Below are positions 1-13,637 of a DNA stretch of 64,000 nucleotides, in pieces. The notes under the pieces were generated by a model. It did no database searches. It was not told the origin of the DNA and saw only the letters and a program-made list of their open reading frames with translations. The stretch is from Eledone cirrhosa (taxonomy: Eukaryota), in assembly GCA_964016885.1 (NCBI GenBank), contig OZ024754.1:18848001-18912000 (forward strand), given 5' to 3'. The stretch's first letter is position 1. The number at the start of each line of letters is the position of its first letter. Both the position numbers and the translations under genes were made by a program.

Positions 1-3000
1 TAGTAGTGGTGGTGGTACTGGTGGTGATGTTAGTGGAGGTAATAGTGGTGGTGATGGTAGTGGAGGTGGTAGTGGTGGTAATGGTAGTGATGGTGGTAGT
101 GGTGGTGATGGTAGTGGAGGTAATAGTGGTGGTGATGGTAGTGGAGGTAGTAGTGGTGGTGGTACTGGTGGTGATGGTAGTGGTACTGGTGGTGATGGTA
201 GTGGTGGTGATAGTGGTGGTGATGGTAGTGGGGGTGGTAGTGGTGGTGATGGTAGTGGTGGTAGTAGTGGTGTTGATGGTAGTGGTGGTATTAGTGGTGG
301 TGATGGTAGTGGTGGTACTGGTGGTGATGGTAGTGGAGGTGGTAGTGGTGGTGATGGTAGTGGAGGTAGTAGTGGTGGTGATGGTAGTGGTGGTGATGGT
401 AGTGGAGGTAGTAGGGGTGGTGATGGTAGTCGTGGTGGTAGTGGTGGTGATGGTAGTGGTGGTGGTAGTGGTGGTGATGGTAGTGGAAGTGAAAGTGGTG
501 GTGATGGTTGTGGTGGTGGTAGTTGTTGTGATGGTAGTGGTGGTGGTAGAGTTGGTGATTGTGGTAGTAATTGTAGGGGCTGTGGTGGTGGTAGTAGTAG
601 AGGTGGTGGTTTTTCTTGTGGTGGTGATGGTAGTGGTGGGTGTTGTGGTAGTGCTGGCGGTGGTGTTGATTGTGGGGACTGTGGTGGTGGTGGTGGTTGT
701 GGTGATGGTAGTGGTGGTAGTAGTGGTGGTGATGGTAGTGGTGGTGGTAGTGGTGGTGGTGATGGTAGTGGAAGTGGTACTGGTGGTGATGGTAGTGGAG
801 GTGGTGGTGATGGTAGTGTAGGTGGTAGTGGTGGTGATGGTAGCGGTGGTGGTAATGGTGATGATGGTAGTGGCGGTAGTAGTGGTGGCGATGGTGGTGG
901 TGGTGGTAGTGGTGGTGATGGTACTGGAGGTAGTAGTGGTTGTGATGGTAGTGGAGGTAGTACTGGTGGAGATGGTAGTGGAGGTGGTAGTGGTGATGAT
1001 GGTAGTTTTGGTAGTAGTGGTGGTGATGGTATGGTGGTAGTAGAGGTGGTGATGGTAGTGGAGGAGGTAGTGGTGGTGATGGTAGTGGTGGTGGTAGTGG
1101 TGGTGATGGTAGTGGTGGTAGTAGTGGTGGTGATGGTAGTGGTGGTGGTAGTGGTGGTGGTGATGGTAGTGGAAGTGGTACTGGTGGTGATGGTAGTGGA
1201 GGTGGTGGTGATGGTAGTGTAGGTGGTAGTGGTGGTGATGGTAGCGGTGGTGGTAGTGGTGATGATGGTAGTGGCGGTAGTAGTGGTGGCGATGGTGGTG
1301 GTGGTGGTAGTGGTGGTAATGGTAGTGGAGGTAGTAGTGGTGGTGTTGGTAGTGGAGGTGGTACTAGTGGTGATGGTAGTGGAGGGAGTAGTGGTGGTGA
1401 TGGTTGTGGCGGTGTTAGCGGTGGTGATGGTAGTGGAGGTGTGACTGGTGGTGATGGTAGTGGAGGTGGTAGTGGTGGTAGTTGTATTGGTGGTGGTAGT
1501 GGTGATGATGGTAGTCGTGGTGGTAGTGGTGGTGATGGTAGTGGTGGCGGCAGTGGTGGTGATGGTAGTGGAGGTAGTAGTGGTGGTGGTACTGGTGGTG
1601 ATGTTAGTGGAGGTAATAGAGGTGGTGATGGTAGTGGAGGTGGTATTGGTGGTAATGGTAGTGGTGGTGGTACTGGTGGTGACGGTAGTTGTGGTGGTAG
1701 TGGTGGTGATGGTAGTGGAAGTGAAGGTGGTGGTGATGGTAGTTGTGGTGGTAGTGGTGGTGATGGTAGTGGTGGTGATGGTAGTTGTGGTGGTAGTGGT
1801 GGTGATGGTAGTGGTGGTGATGGTAGTGGTGGTGGTAGTGGTGGTCATGGTAGTGGAGGTAATAGTGGTGGTGATGGTAGTGGAGGTAGTAGTGGTGGTG
1901 GTACTGGTGGTGATGGTAGTGGTGGTGATAGTGGTGGTGATGGTATTGGAGGTGGAGGTAGTGGTGATGTTAGTGGCGGTGGTAGTGGTGGTGAAGGTAG
2001 TGGAGGTAATAGTGGTGGTGATGGTAGTGGAGGTGGTAGTGGTGGTGATGGTAGTGGAGGTAGTAGTGGTGGTGGTACTGGTGGTGATGGTAGTGGTGGT
2101 GATAGTGGTGGTGATGGTAGTGGTGGTGGAGGTAGTGGTGATGGTAGTGGTGGTGGTAGTGGTGGTGAAGGTAGTGGAGGTAATAGTGGTGGTGATGGTA
2201 GTGGAGGTGGTAGTGGTGGTGATGGTAGTGGAGGTAGTAGTGGTGGTGGTACTGGTGGTGATGGTAGTGGTCGTGATAGTGGTGGTGATGGTAGTGGAGG
2301 TGGTGGTGATGGTAGTGTAGGTGGTAGTGGTGGTGATGGTAGTGGTGGTGGTAGGGGTGGTGATGGTAGTGGCGGTAGTAGTGGTGGCGACGGTGGTGGT
2401 GGTGGTAGTGGTGGTGATGGTACTGGAGGTAGTAGTGGTGGTGATGGTAGTGGAGGTAGTAGTGGTGGTGATGGTAGTGGAGGTGGTACTGGTGGTGATG
2501 GTAGTGGAGGTGGTAGTGGTGGTGATTGTAGTGGAGGTGGTAGTGGTGGTGATGGCAGTGGTGGTGGTAGTGGTGGTGATGGTAGTGGGGGTAGTAGTGG
2601 TGGTGATTGTAGTGGAGGTAGTAGTGGCGGTGATGGTAGTGGCGGTGTTAGTGGTGGTAGTTGTATTGGTGGTGGTAGTGGTGGTGATGGTAGTGGTGGT
2701 AGTAGTGGTGGTGATGGTAGTCGTGGTGGTAGTGGTGGTGATGGTAGTGGTGGTGGCAGTGGTGGTGATGGTAGTGGAGGTAGTAGTGGTGGTGGTACTG
2801 GTGGTGATGTTAGTGGAGGTAATAGTGGTGGTGATGGTAGTGGAGGTGGTAGTGGTGGTAATGGTAGTGATGGTGGTAGTGGTGGTGATGGTAGTGGAGG
2901 TAATAGTGGTGGTGATGGTAGTGGAGGTAGTAGTGGTGGTGGTACTGGTGGTGATGGTAGTGGTACTGGTGGTGATGGTAGTGGTGGTGATAGTGGTGGT

Positions 3001-6000
3001 GATGGTAGTGGGGGTGGTAGTGGTGGTGATGGTAGTGATGGTAGTAGTGGTGTTGATGGTAGTGGTGGTATTAGTGGTGGCGATGGTAGTGGTGGTACTG
3101 GTGGTGATGGTAGTAGAGGTGGTAGTGGTGGTGATGGTAGTGGAGGTAGTAGTGGTGGTGATGGTAGTGGTGGTGATGGTAGTGGAGGTAGTAGGGGTGG
3201 TGATGGTAGTCGTGGTGGTAGTGGTGGTGATGGTAGTGGTGGTGGTAGTGGTGGTGATGGTAGTGGAAGTGAAAGTGGTGGTGATGGTTGTGGTGGTGGT
3301 AGTTGTTGTGATGGTAGTGGTGGTGGTAGAGTTGGTGATTGTGGTAGTAATTGTAGGGGCTGTGGTGGTGGTAGTAGTAGAGGTGGTGGTGTTTCTTGTG
3401 GTGGTGATGGTAGTGGTGGGTGTTGTGGTAGTGCTGGCGGTGGTGTTGATTGTGGGGACTGTGGTGGTGGTGGTGGTTGTGGTGATGGTAGTGGTGGTAG
3501 TAGTGGTGGTGATGGTAGTGGTGGTGGTAGTGGTGGTGGTGATGGTAGTGGAAGTGGTACTGGTGGTGATGGTAGTGGAGGTGGTGGTGATGGTAGTGTA
3601 GGTGGTAGTGGTGGTGATGGTAGCGGTGGTGGTAATGGTGATGATGGTAGTGGCGGTAGTAGTGGTGGCGATGGTGGTGGTGGTGGTAGTGGTGGTGATG
3701 GTACTGGAGGTAGTAGTGGTTGTGATGGTAGTGGAGGTAGTACTGGTGGAGATGGTAGTGGAGGTGGTAGTGGTGATGATGGTAGTTTTGGTAGTAGTGG
3801 TGGTGATGGTATGGTGGTAGTAGAGGTGGTGATGGTAGTGGAGGAGGTAGTGGTGGTGATGGTAGTGGTGGTGGTAGTGGTGGTGATGGTAGTGGTGGTA
3901 GTAGTGGTGGTGATGGTAGTGGTGGTGGTAGTGGTGGTGGTGATGGTAGTGGAAGTGGTACTGGTGGTGATGGTAGTGGAGGTGGTGGTGATGGTAGTGT
4001 AGGTGGTAGTGGTGGTGATGGTAGCGGTGGTGGTAGTGGTGATGATGGTAGTGGCGGTAGTAGTGGTGGCGATGGTGGTGGTGGTGGTAGTGGTGGTAAT
4101 GGTAGTGGAGGTAGTAGTGGTGGTGATGGTAGTGGAGGTGGTACTAGTGGTGATGGTAGTGGAGGGAGTAGTGGTGGTGATGGTTGTGGCGGTGTTAGCG
4201 GTGGTGATGGTAGTGGAGGTGTGACTGGTGGTGATGGTAGTGGAGGTGGTAGTGGTGGTAGTTGTATTGGTGGTGGTAGTGGTGATGATGGTAGTCGTGG
4301 TGGTAGTGGTGGTGATGGTAGTGGTGGCGGCAGTGGTGGTGATGGTAGTGGAGGTAGTAGTGGTGGTGGTACTGGTGGTGATGTTAGTGGAGGTAATAGA
4401 GGTGGTGATGGTAGTGGAGGTGGTATTGGTGGTAATGGTAGTGGTGGTGGTACTGGTGGTGACGGTAGTTGTGGTGGTAGTGGTGGTGATGGTAGTGGAA
4501 GTGAAGGTGGTGGTGATGGTAGTTGTGGTGGTAGTGGTGGTGATGGTAGTGGTGGTGATGGTAGTTGTGGTGGTAGTGGTGGTGATGGTAGTGGTGGTGA
4601 TGGTAGTGGTGGTGGTAGTGGTGGTCATGGTAGTGGAGGTAATAGTGGTGGTGATGGTAGTGGAGGTAGTAGTGGTGGTGGTACTGGTGGTGATGGTAGT
4701 GGTGGTGATAGTGGTGGTGATGGTATTGGAGGTGGAGGTAGTGGTGATGTTAGTGGCGGTGGTAGTGGTGGTGAAGGTAGTGGAGGTAATAGTGGTGGTG
4801 ATGGTAGTGGAGGTGGTAGTGGTGGTGATGGTAGTGGAGGTAGTAGTGGTGGTGGTACTGGTGGTGATGGTAGTGGTGGTGATAGTGGTGGTGATGGTAG
4901 TGGTGGTGGAGGTAGTGGTGATGGTAGTGGTGGTGGTAGTGGTGGTGAAGGTAGTGGAGGTAATAGTGGTGGTGATGGTAGTGGAGGTGGTAGTGGTGGT
5001 GATGGTAGTGGAGGTAGTAGTGGTGGTGGTACTGGTGGTGATGGTAGTGGTCGTGATAGTGGTGGTGATGGTAGTGGAGGTGGTGGTGATGGTAGTGTAG
5101 GTGGTAGTGGTGGTGATGGTAGTGGTGGTGGTAGGGGTGGTGATGGTAGTGGCGGTAGTAGTGGTGGCGACGGTGGTGGTGGTGGTAGTGGTGGTGATGG
5201 TACTGGAGGTAGTAGTGGTGGTGATGGTAGTGGAGGTAGTAGTGGTGGTGATGGTAGTGGAGGTGGTACTGGTGGTGATGGTAGTGGAGGTGGTAGTGGT
5301 GGTGATTGTAGTGGAGGTGGTAGTGGTGGTGATGGCAGTGGTGGTGGTAGTGGTGGTGATGGTAGTGGGGGTAGTAGTGGTGGTGATTGTAGTGGAGGTA
5401 GTAGTGGCGGTGATGGTAGTGGCGGTGTTAGTGGTGGTAGTTGTATTGGTGGTGGTAGTGGTGGTGATGGTAGTGGTGGTAGTAGTGGTGGTGATGGTAG
5501 TCGTGGTGGTAGTGGTGGTGATGGTAGTGGTGGTGGCAGTGGTGGTGATGGTAGTGGAGGTAGTAGTGGTGGTGGTACTGGTGGTGATGTTAGTGGAGGT
5601 AATAGTGGTGGTGATGGTAGTGGAGGTGGTAGTGGTGGTAATGGTAGTGATGGTGGTAGTGGTGGTGATGGTAGTGGAGGTAATAGTGGTGGTGATGGTA
5701 GTGGAGGTAGTAGTGGTGGTGGTACTGGTGGTGATGGTAGTGGTACTGGTGGTGATGGTAGTGGTGGTGATAGTGGTGGTGATGGTAGTGGGGGTGGTAG
5801 TGGTGGTGATGGTAGTGATGGTAGTAGTGGTGTTGATGGTAGTGGTGGTATTAGTGGTGGCGATGGTAGTGGTGGTACTGGTGGTGATGGTAGTAGAGGT
5901 GGTAGTGGTGGTGATGGTAGTGGAGGTAGTAGTGGTGGTGATGGTAGTGGTGGTGATGGTAGTGGAGGTAGTAGGGGTGGTGATGGTAGTCGTGGTGGTA

Positions 6001-9000
6001 GTGGTGGTGATGGTAGTGGTGGTGGTAGTGGTGGTGATGGTAGTGGAAGTGAAAGTGGTGGTGATGGTTGTGGTGGTGGTAGTTGTTGTGATGGTAGTGG
6101 TGGTGGTAGAGTTGGTGATTGTGGTAGTAATTGTAGGGGCTGTGGTGGTGGTAGTAGTAGAGGTGGTGGTGTTTCTTGTGGTGGTGATGGTAGTGGTGGG
6201 TGTTGTGGTAGTGCTGGCGGTGGTGTTGATTGTGGGGACTGTGGTGGTGGTGGTGGTTGTGGTGATGGTAGTGGTGGTAGTAGTGGTGGTGATGGTAGTG
6301 GTGGTGGTAGTGGTGGTGGTGATGGTAGTGGAAGTGGTACTGGTGGTGATGGTAGTGGAGGTGGTGGTGATGGTAGTGTAGGTGGTAGTGGTGGTGATGG
6401 TAGCGGTGGTGGTAATGGTGATGATGGTAGTGGCGGTAGTAGTGGTGGCGATGGTGGTGGTGGTGGTAGTGGTGGTGATGGTACTGGAGGTAGTAGTGGT
6501 TGTGATGGTAGTGGAGGTAGTACTGGTGGAGATGGTAGTGGAGGTGGTAGTGGTGATGATGGTAGTTTTGGTAGTAGTGGTGGTGATGGTATGGTGGTAG
6601 TAGAGGTGGTGATGGTAGTGGAGGAGGTAGTGGTGGTGATGGTAGTGGTGGTGGTAGTGGTGGTGATGGTAGTGGTGGTAGTAGTGGTGGTGATGGTAGT
6701 GGTGGTGGTAGTGGTGGTGGTGATGGTAGTGGAAGTGGTACTGGTGGTGATGGTAGTGGAGGTGGTGGTGATGGTAGTGTAGGTGGTAGTGGTGGTGATG
6801 GTAGCGGTGGTGGTAGTGGTGATGATGGTAGTGGCGGTAGTAGTGGTGGCGATGGTGGTGGTGGTGGTAGTGGTGGTAATGGTAGTGGAGGTAGTAGTGG
6901 TGGTGATGGTAGTGGAGGTGGTACTAGTGGTGATGGTAGTGGAGGGAGTAGTGGTGGTGATGGTTGTGGCGGTGTTAGCGGTGGTGATGGTAGTGGAGGT
7001 GTGACTGGTGGTGATGGTAGTGGAGGTGGTAGTGGTGGTAGTTGTATTGGTGGTGGTAGTGGTGATGATGGTAGTCGTGGTGGTAGTGGTGGTGATGGTA
7101 GTGGTGGCGGCAGTGGTGGTGATGGTAGTGGAGGTAGTAGTGGTGGTGGTACTGGTGGTGATGTTAGTGGAGGTAATAGAGGTGGTGATGGTAGTGGAGG
7201 TGGTATTGGTGGTAATGGTAGTGGTGGTGGTACTGGTGGTGACGGTAGTTGTGGTGGTAGTGGTGGTGATGGTAGTGGAAGTGAAGGTGGTGGTGATGGT
7301 AGTTGTGGTGGTAGTGGTGGTGATGGTAGTGGTGGTGATGGTAGTGGTGGTGGTAGTGGTGGTCATGGTAGTGGAGGTAATAGTGGTGGTGATGGTAGTG
7401 GAGGTAGTAGTGGTGGTGGTACTGGTGGTGATGGTAGTGGTGGTGATAGTGGTGGTGATGGTATTGGAGGTGGAGGTAGTGGTGATGTTAGTGGCGGTGG
7501 TAGTGGTGGTGAAGGTAGTGGAGGTAATAGTGGTGGTGATGGTAGTGGAGGTGGTAGTGGTGGTGATGGTAGTGGAGGTAGTAGTGGTGGTGGTACTGGT
7601 GGTGATGGTAGTGGTGGTGATAGTGGTGGTGATGGTAGTGGTGGTGGAGGTAGTGGTGATGGTAGTGGTGGTGGTAGTGGTGGTGAAGGTAGTGGAGGTA
7701 ATAGTGGTGGTGATGGTAGTGGAGGTGGTAGTGGTGGTGATGGTAGTGGAGGTAGTAGTGGTGGTGGTACTGGTGGTGATGGTAGTGGTCGTGATAGTGG
7801 TGGTGATGGTAGTGGAGGTGGTGGTGATGGTAGTGTAGGTGGTAGTGGTGGTGATGGTAGCGGTGGTGGTAGGGGTGGTGATGGTAGTGGCGGTAGTAGT
7901 GGTGGCGACGGTGGTGGTGGTGGTAGTGGTGGTGATGGTACTGGAGGTAGTAGTGGTGGTGATGGTAGTGGAGGTAGTAGTGGTGGTGATGGTAGTGGAG
8001 GTGGTACTGGTGGTGATGGTAGTGGAGGTGGTAGTGGTGGTGATTGTAGTGGAGGTGGTAGTGGTGGTGATGGCAGTGGTGGTGGTAGTGGTGGTGATGG
8101 TAGTGGGGGTAGTAGTGGTGGTGATTGTAGTGGAGGTAGTAGTGGCGGTGATGGTAGTGGCGGTGTTAGTGGTGGTAGTTGTATTGGTGGTGGTAGTGGT
8201 GGTGATGGTAGTGGTGGTAGTAGTGGTGGTGATGGTAGTCGTGGTGGTAGTGGTGGTGATGGTAGTGGTGGTGGCAGTGGTGGTGATGGTAGTGGAGGTA
8301 GTAGTGGTGGTGGTACTGGTGGTGATGTTAGTGGAGGTAATAGTGGTGGTGATGGTAGTGGAGGTGGTAGTGGTGGTAATGGTAGTGATGGTGGTAGTGG
8401 TGGTGATGGTAGTGGAGGTAATAGTGGTGGTGATGGTAGTGGAGGTAGTAGTGGTGGTGGTACTGGTGGTGATGGTAGTGGTACTGGTGGTGATGGTAGT
8501 GGTGGTGATAGTGGTGGTGATGGTAGTGGGGGTGGTAGTGGTGGTGATGGTAGTGATGGTAGTAGTGGTGTTGATGGTAGTGGTGGTATTAGTGGTGGCG
8601 ATGGTAGTGGTGGTACTGGTGGTGATGGTAGTAGAGGTGGTAGTGGTGGTGATGGTAGTGGAGGTAGTAGTGGTGGTGATGGTAGTGGTGGTGATGGTAG
8701 TGGAGGTAGTAGGGGTGGTGATGGTAGTCGTGGTGGTAGTGGTGGTGATGGTAGTGGTGGTGGTAGTGGTGGTGATGGTAGTGGAAGTGAAAGTGGTGGT
8801 GATGGTTGTGGTGGTGGTAGTTGTTGTGATGGTAGTGGTGGTGGTAGAGTTGGTGATTGTGGTAGTAATTGTAGGGGCTGTGGTGGTGGTAGTAGTAGAG
8901 GTGGTGGTGTTTCTTGTGGTGGTGATGGTAGTGGTGGGTGTTGTGGTAGTGCTGGCGGTGGTGTTGATTGTGGGGACTGTGGTGGTGGTGGTGGTTGTGG

Positions 9001-9050
9001 TGATGGTAGTGGTAGTGGTGGTAAGATCGGGACCGGTGGTGGTTGGGGTG
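1..9050. repeat. GGT/GAT/AGT trinucleotide-derived satellite with 2780-bp higher-order repeat (~3.25 copies visible)
   Basis: Unique markers recur every 2780 bp: gtgactggtggt at 1441, 4221 and 7001; ORF track repeats at 822/3602/6382. The third unit has a 42-bp deletion. Confidence 0.95.
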
Positions 9051-9214
9051 ATGGTGAAGATCTGTTGTGACATTCATGGTATTTGTTGAGTTAATGGCGG
9101 TGTAGTTGGTAGCGTGTATGGTAACCACACTCCAACATACCTCTAATCTGACATGAAGCAACTGGAATGGTCTTCCGTCGATTTCGAAAGATGATTGGTC
9201 TAGCACATTGGATC

Positions 9215-9320
9215 ACTGGAACAGCATGTACGTGAAATTAACGACTACCCGCCGTAACGTATTTCTCAGGGAGATTCAGCATGACGCAATGTGTGACATG
9301 TCTTGCCGTATTGTATTACT
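9215..9320 (+). mobile_element. Diverged interspersed-repeat (SINE-like) fragment
   Basis: ttctcagggagattcagcatgac...gtgtgaca matches the reverse complement of 41715-41775 in this window. Confidence 0.45.
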
Positions 9321-9404
9321 CGTACAATGTGTGTGACATGTCTTGCTTTATTGCATTACTGGTGCAGTATATCAGACAAGTCTTGCCGGGGTGGAAGCTG
9401 AACA

Positions 9405-11712
9405 GCTTGGAGTGAGAGGGGAACAAATTGGAGTGGGCGGTGAACACACTGAAGTGGGCGGTGAACACATTGGAGTAGGAGGTCAACACAATGGGAGTGT
9501 GAGGTGAACACTTTGGAGTGGGAAGTGAACACTTTGGAGTGGAAGGTGAACATACTAGTGTGAGGGAACACTTTGGAGTGGGAGGTGAACAAGCAGGAAT
9601 GGGAAGTGAACACATTGGAGTGGGAGGTGAACATACTAGAGTGTGAGGGAACACTTTGGAGTGGGAGGTGAACAGCTATTATAGCGTGAACACATTGGAG
9701 TGGGAGGTGAACAAACAGGAATGGGAAGTGAACACATTGGAGTGGGAGGTGAACACAAGGGAGTGGAAGGTGAACAGCTATTATAGCCTGAACACATTAG
9801 AATGGGGGTGAACAAACTGGAGTGAGTGGTGAAATGGAGTGGGAGGTGAACACTTTGGAGTAGGTGGTGAACACATGGGAGTGGGAGGTGAACACATGGG
9901 AGTTGGAGGTAAACACATTGGGTGGGGGTGAACAACTATTATAGTGTGAACAAACTGGACTGGGGGTGAACACATTGAAGTGGGAGGTAAACACACTGAA
10001 GTGAGATGTGAACCTATTGGAGTGTGAGGTGAAGACATTGGAGTGGGTGGTGAACATATTGGAGTGGGAGGTGAACATATTGGTGTTGGAGGTGAAGACA
10101 TTGGAGTGGGTGGTGAACATATTGGAGTGTGAGGTGAACACATTGGTGCTGGAGGTGAAGACATTGGGGTGGTGAACATATTGGAGTGGGAGGTGAACAT
10201 ATTGGAGTGTGAGGTGAACACATTGGTGCTGGAGGTGAAAATATTGGAGTGGGTGGTGAACATATTGGAGTGGGAGGTGAACATATTGGAGTGTGAGGTG
10301 AACACATTGGTGTTGGAGGTGAAGACATTGGAGTGGGTGGTGAACATATTGGAGTGGGAGGTGAACATATTGGAGTGTGAGGTGAACACATTGGTGTTGG
10401 AGGTGAAAATATTGGAGTGGGTGGTGAACATATTGGAGTGGGAGGTGAACATATTGGCGTGTGAGGTGAACACATTGGTGTTGGAGGTGAAGACATTGGA
10501 GTGGGTGGTGAACATATTGGAGTGGGAGGTGAACATATTGGAGTGTGAGGTGAACACATTGGTGTTGGAGGTGAAGATATTGGAGTGGGTGGTGAACATA
10601 TTGGAGTGGGAGGTGAACATATTAGAGTGTGAGGTGAACACATTGGTGTTGGAGGTGAAGACATTGGAGTGGGAGGTGAACATATTGGAGTGTGAGGTGA
10701 ACACATTGGTGTTGGAGGTGAAGACATTGGGGTGGGTGGTGAACATATTGGAGTGGGAGGTGAACATATTGGAGTGTGAGGTGAACACATTGGTGTTGGA
10801 GGTGAAGACATTGGGGTGGGTGGTGAACATATTGGAGTGGGAGGTGAACATATTGGAGTGTGAGGTGAACACATTGGTGTTGGAGGTGAAAATATTGGAG
10901 TGGGTGGTGAACATATTGGAGTGGGAGGTGAACATATTGGCGTGTGAGGTGAAGACATTGGTGTTGGAGGTGAAGACATTGGGGTGGTGAACATATTGGA
11001 GTGGGAGGTGAACATATTAGAGTGTGAGGTGAACACATTGGTGTTGGAGGTGAAAATATTGGAGTGGGTGGTGAACATATTGGAGTGGGAGGTGAACATA
11101 TTAGAGTGTGAGGTGAACACATTGGTGTTGGAGGTGAAGACATTGGAGTGGGAGGTGAACATATTGGAGTGGAAGGTGAACATATTGGCGTGTGAGGTGT
11201 ACATATTGGAGTGTGAGGTGAACACATTGGTGTTGGAGGTGAAGATATTGGAGTGGGTGGTGAACATATTGGAGTGGGAGGTGAACATATTAGAGTGTGA
11301 GGTGAACACATTGGTGTTGGAGGTGAAGACATTGGAGTGGGAGGTGAACATATTGGAGTGGGAGGTGAACATATTGGCGTGTGAGGTGAACACATTGGTG
11401 TTGGAGGTGAAGATATTGGAGTGGGTGGTGAACATATTGGAGTGGGAGGTGAACATATTGGTGTTGGAGGTGAAGACATTGGAGTGGGAGGTGAACATAT
11501 TGGAGTGTGAGGTGAACATATTGGAGTGTGAGGTGAACACATTGGTGTTGGAGGTGAAGACATTGGAGTGGGTGGTGAACATATTGGAGTGGGAGGTGAA
11601 CATATTGGAGTGTGAGGTGAACACATTGGTGTTGGAGGTGAAGACATTGGAGTGGGTGGTGAACATATTGGAGTGGGAGGTGAACATATTGGAGTGTGAG
11701 GTGAACATATTG
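9405..11712. repeat. 21-bp minisatellite (consensus GGAGGTGAACATATTGGAGTG) with 84-bp 4-mer superstructure
   Basis: Translates as FTSHSNM/SPPTPIC heptads. Variants gggagg/gtgagg/gttgg/gggtgg cycle every four units from ~10020; the array is more degenerate at 9405-10020. Confidence 0.95.
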
Positions 11713-11764
11713 GAATTCAAATGAATTACAACCTGTTGAAAGCCCACCTTCCCCTCCCCCATTA

Positions 11765-12581
11765 CCCCCCCCCCCCCCCCCCCCCCAACTTCACCTCCAC
11801 CTTCACCACCACCACCTCCAACTTCACCACCTCCATCTCCATCACCTCCACCACCACACCTTCACCCCCCCACCACCTCCACCACCACCATATTCACATC
11901 CACCATCACCACCACCACCACCACCACCCCACCATCTCCACCACCACCTCCACCTTCACCACCTCCACCACCTCCACCACCACCACCACCACCACCACCA
12001 CCACCACCACCACCACCACCACCACCACCACCACCACCGTCACCACCAACACCACCACCGTCACCACCAACACCACCACCGTCACCACCAACACCACCAC
12101 CACTATCACCACCACCACTACCACCACCATAATCACCACCACCACCATCTCCACTACCACTATTACCAACACCACCACCACCACCACCACCACCACTACC
12201 ACCACCACCACCACCAACACCACTACCACCACCATCACCAACACCACCACCACTATCACCAACACCACTACCACCACCATAATCACCACCACCACCACTA
12301 CCACCACCATCACCAACACCACCACCACTATCACCAACACCACTACCACCACCACCACCACCACCACCACCACTACCACCACCACCATCACCAACACCAC
12401 CACCACTATCACCAACACCACTACCACCACCATAATCACCACCATCAACACCACTACCACCACCATCACCAACACCACCACCACTATCACCAACACCACT
12501 ACCACCACCATAATCACCACCACCACCACCAACACCACTACCACCACCACCACCACCATCTCCACCACCACCACCACCACC
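11765..12581. repeat. Poly-C tract followed by an (ACC)n-derived array
   Basis: C-run at 11765-11787, then ACC/ATC/AAC/ACT triplets. Confidence 0.95.
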
Positions 12582-13032
12582 AAAAAAGACAGAAAGAGAG
12601 TAAGAGCAAGAGATAATAGAGAGAGAGAGAGATAAGATATATATATATATATATTTTGTATATATATAGAGAGAGAGAGAACGAAGTAAAATGTTCAATA
12701 ATAGAAGATAAATTACAGACTACTAATGAAAGCAAATGTTGGTTTGATAAGATTTTATTACTCATCAAATTGTAAATGACCAGCATGTCGCTGACAGAAG
12801 CAACTTACTTCTTTGTTGACGTCATCTAGAGAGAAAGAGATGAGCAGGAGGAGGAGGAAAAACTAAAAAACGACAAAACAAAAAAAATATGACAACAATC
12901 AAAAAAACCAAAAAAAACAGTGTTAATCAATTCATGTGAAATTGTATTGCTCTATACCCCCCCCCCATATATATATATATATATATATAAACATATCATG
13001 TATAATATATATAGTGTATATTATATAAATAT

Positions 13033-13205
13033 CAGTATTGGTAGAGGGTCGGACGCCATGCTTTGACGCATAGAGTTACGACCCTTGCTATTCTGAGTTC
13101 AAATCCCGCCGAGGTTAACTTTGCCTTTCATCCTTACGGGGTCGATAAAATAAAGTACCAGTAATGCACTGGGTAATTGCTGGTCTTGTGCCAAGAGTAG
13201 AAACA
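13033..13205 (+). mobile_element. tRNA-derived SINE, 5'-truncated, 13-bp TSD
   Basis: B-box gagttcaaatccc; central tttgcctttcatccttacggggtcgataaa; TSD attatataaatat at 13020-13032 and 13206-13218. Confidence 0.9.
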
Positions 13206-13250
13206 ATTATATAAATATATATATATATGTCGATTCCCGGCACCAGCAAG

Positions 13251-13309
<59 letters not shown>

Positions 13310-13385
13310 CAACGTGCTGGTACCGGGAATCGACCTCGATACATTAAGATTGTAAGCCGAACACGCTAACCACAAACAACTCACC
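13310..13385 (-). mobile_element. Degenerate tRNA-like SINE head
   Basis: Minus strand reads gtggttagcgtg...gaggtcgattcccgg, resembling A and B boxes. Confidence 0.45.
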
Positions 13386-13551
13386 TTCACACAAGTGGCG
13401 AAGCGAGGATTGATACAGATAATGCTGAGAATAAAATCGTTTTTAGCAACAATATTTCTTTATGTAAGAAGCTTAGCAGATAATTCTACAGCTATTTATG
13501 GTGTGATGTGCGGGGGGGGGGTGATATATGCACGTGTACACATATATATAT

Positions 13552-13637
<86 letters not shown>

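Noticed and set aside
1441-9089. Gly/Ser-, Val-, Thr- and Pro-rich ORFs up to 1482 aa, resembling mucin or extensin
   Set aside because: Several frames are open simply because GGT/ACC repeats lack stops. The 2780-bp period shifts frame every unit, and there is no signal peptide or globular domain.
9405-11712. CRISPR-like regular repeats (also 54513-54860)
   Set aside because: No unique spacers, no cas genes, and the context is eukaryotic.
9781-11762. Heptapeptide-repeat ORFs (FTSHSNM, SPPTPIC), superficially like a Pol II CTD
   Set aside because: Translation of a 21-bp minisatellite, open in several frames on both strands, with frame-switching deletions.
1-12581. Telomere or telomere-fusion interpretation of the G-rich arrays
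   Set aside because: No TTAGGG or TTAGG arrays are present.
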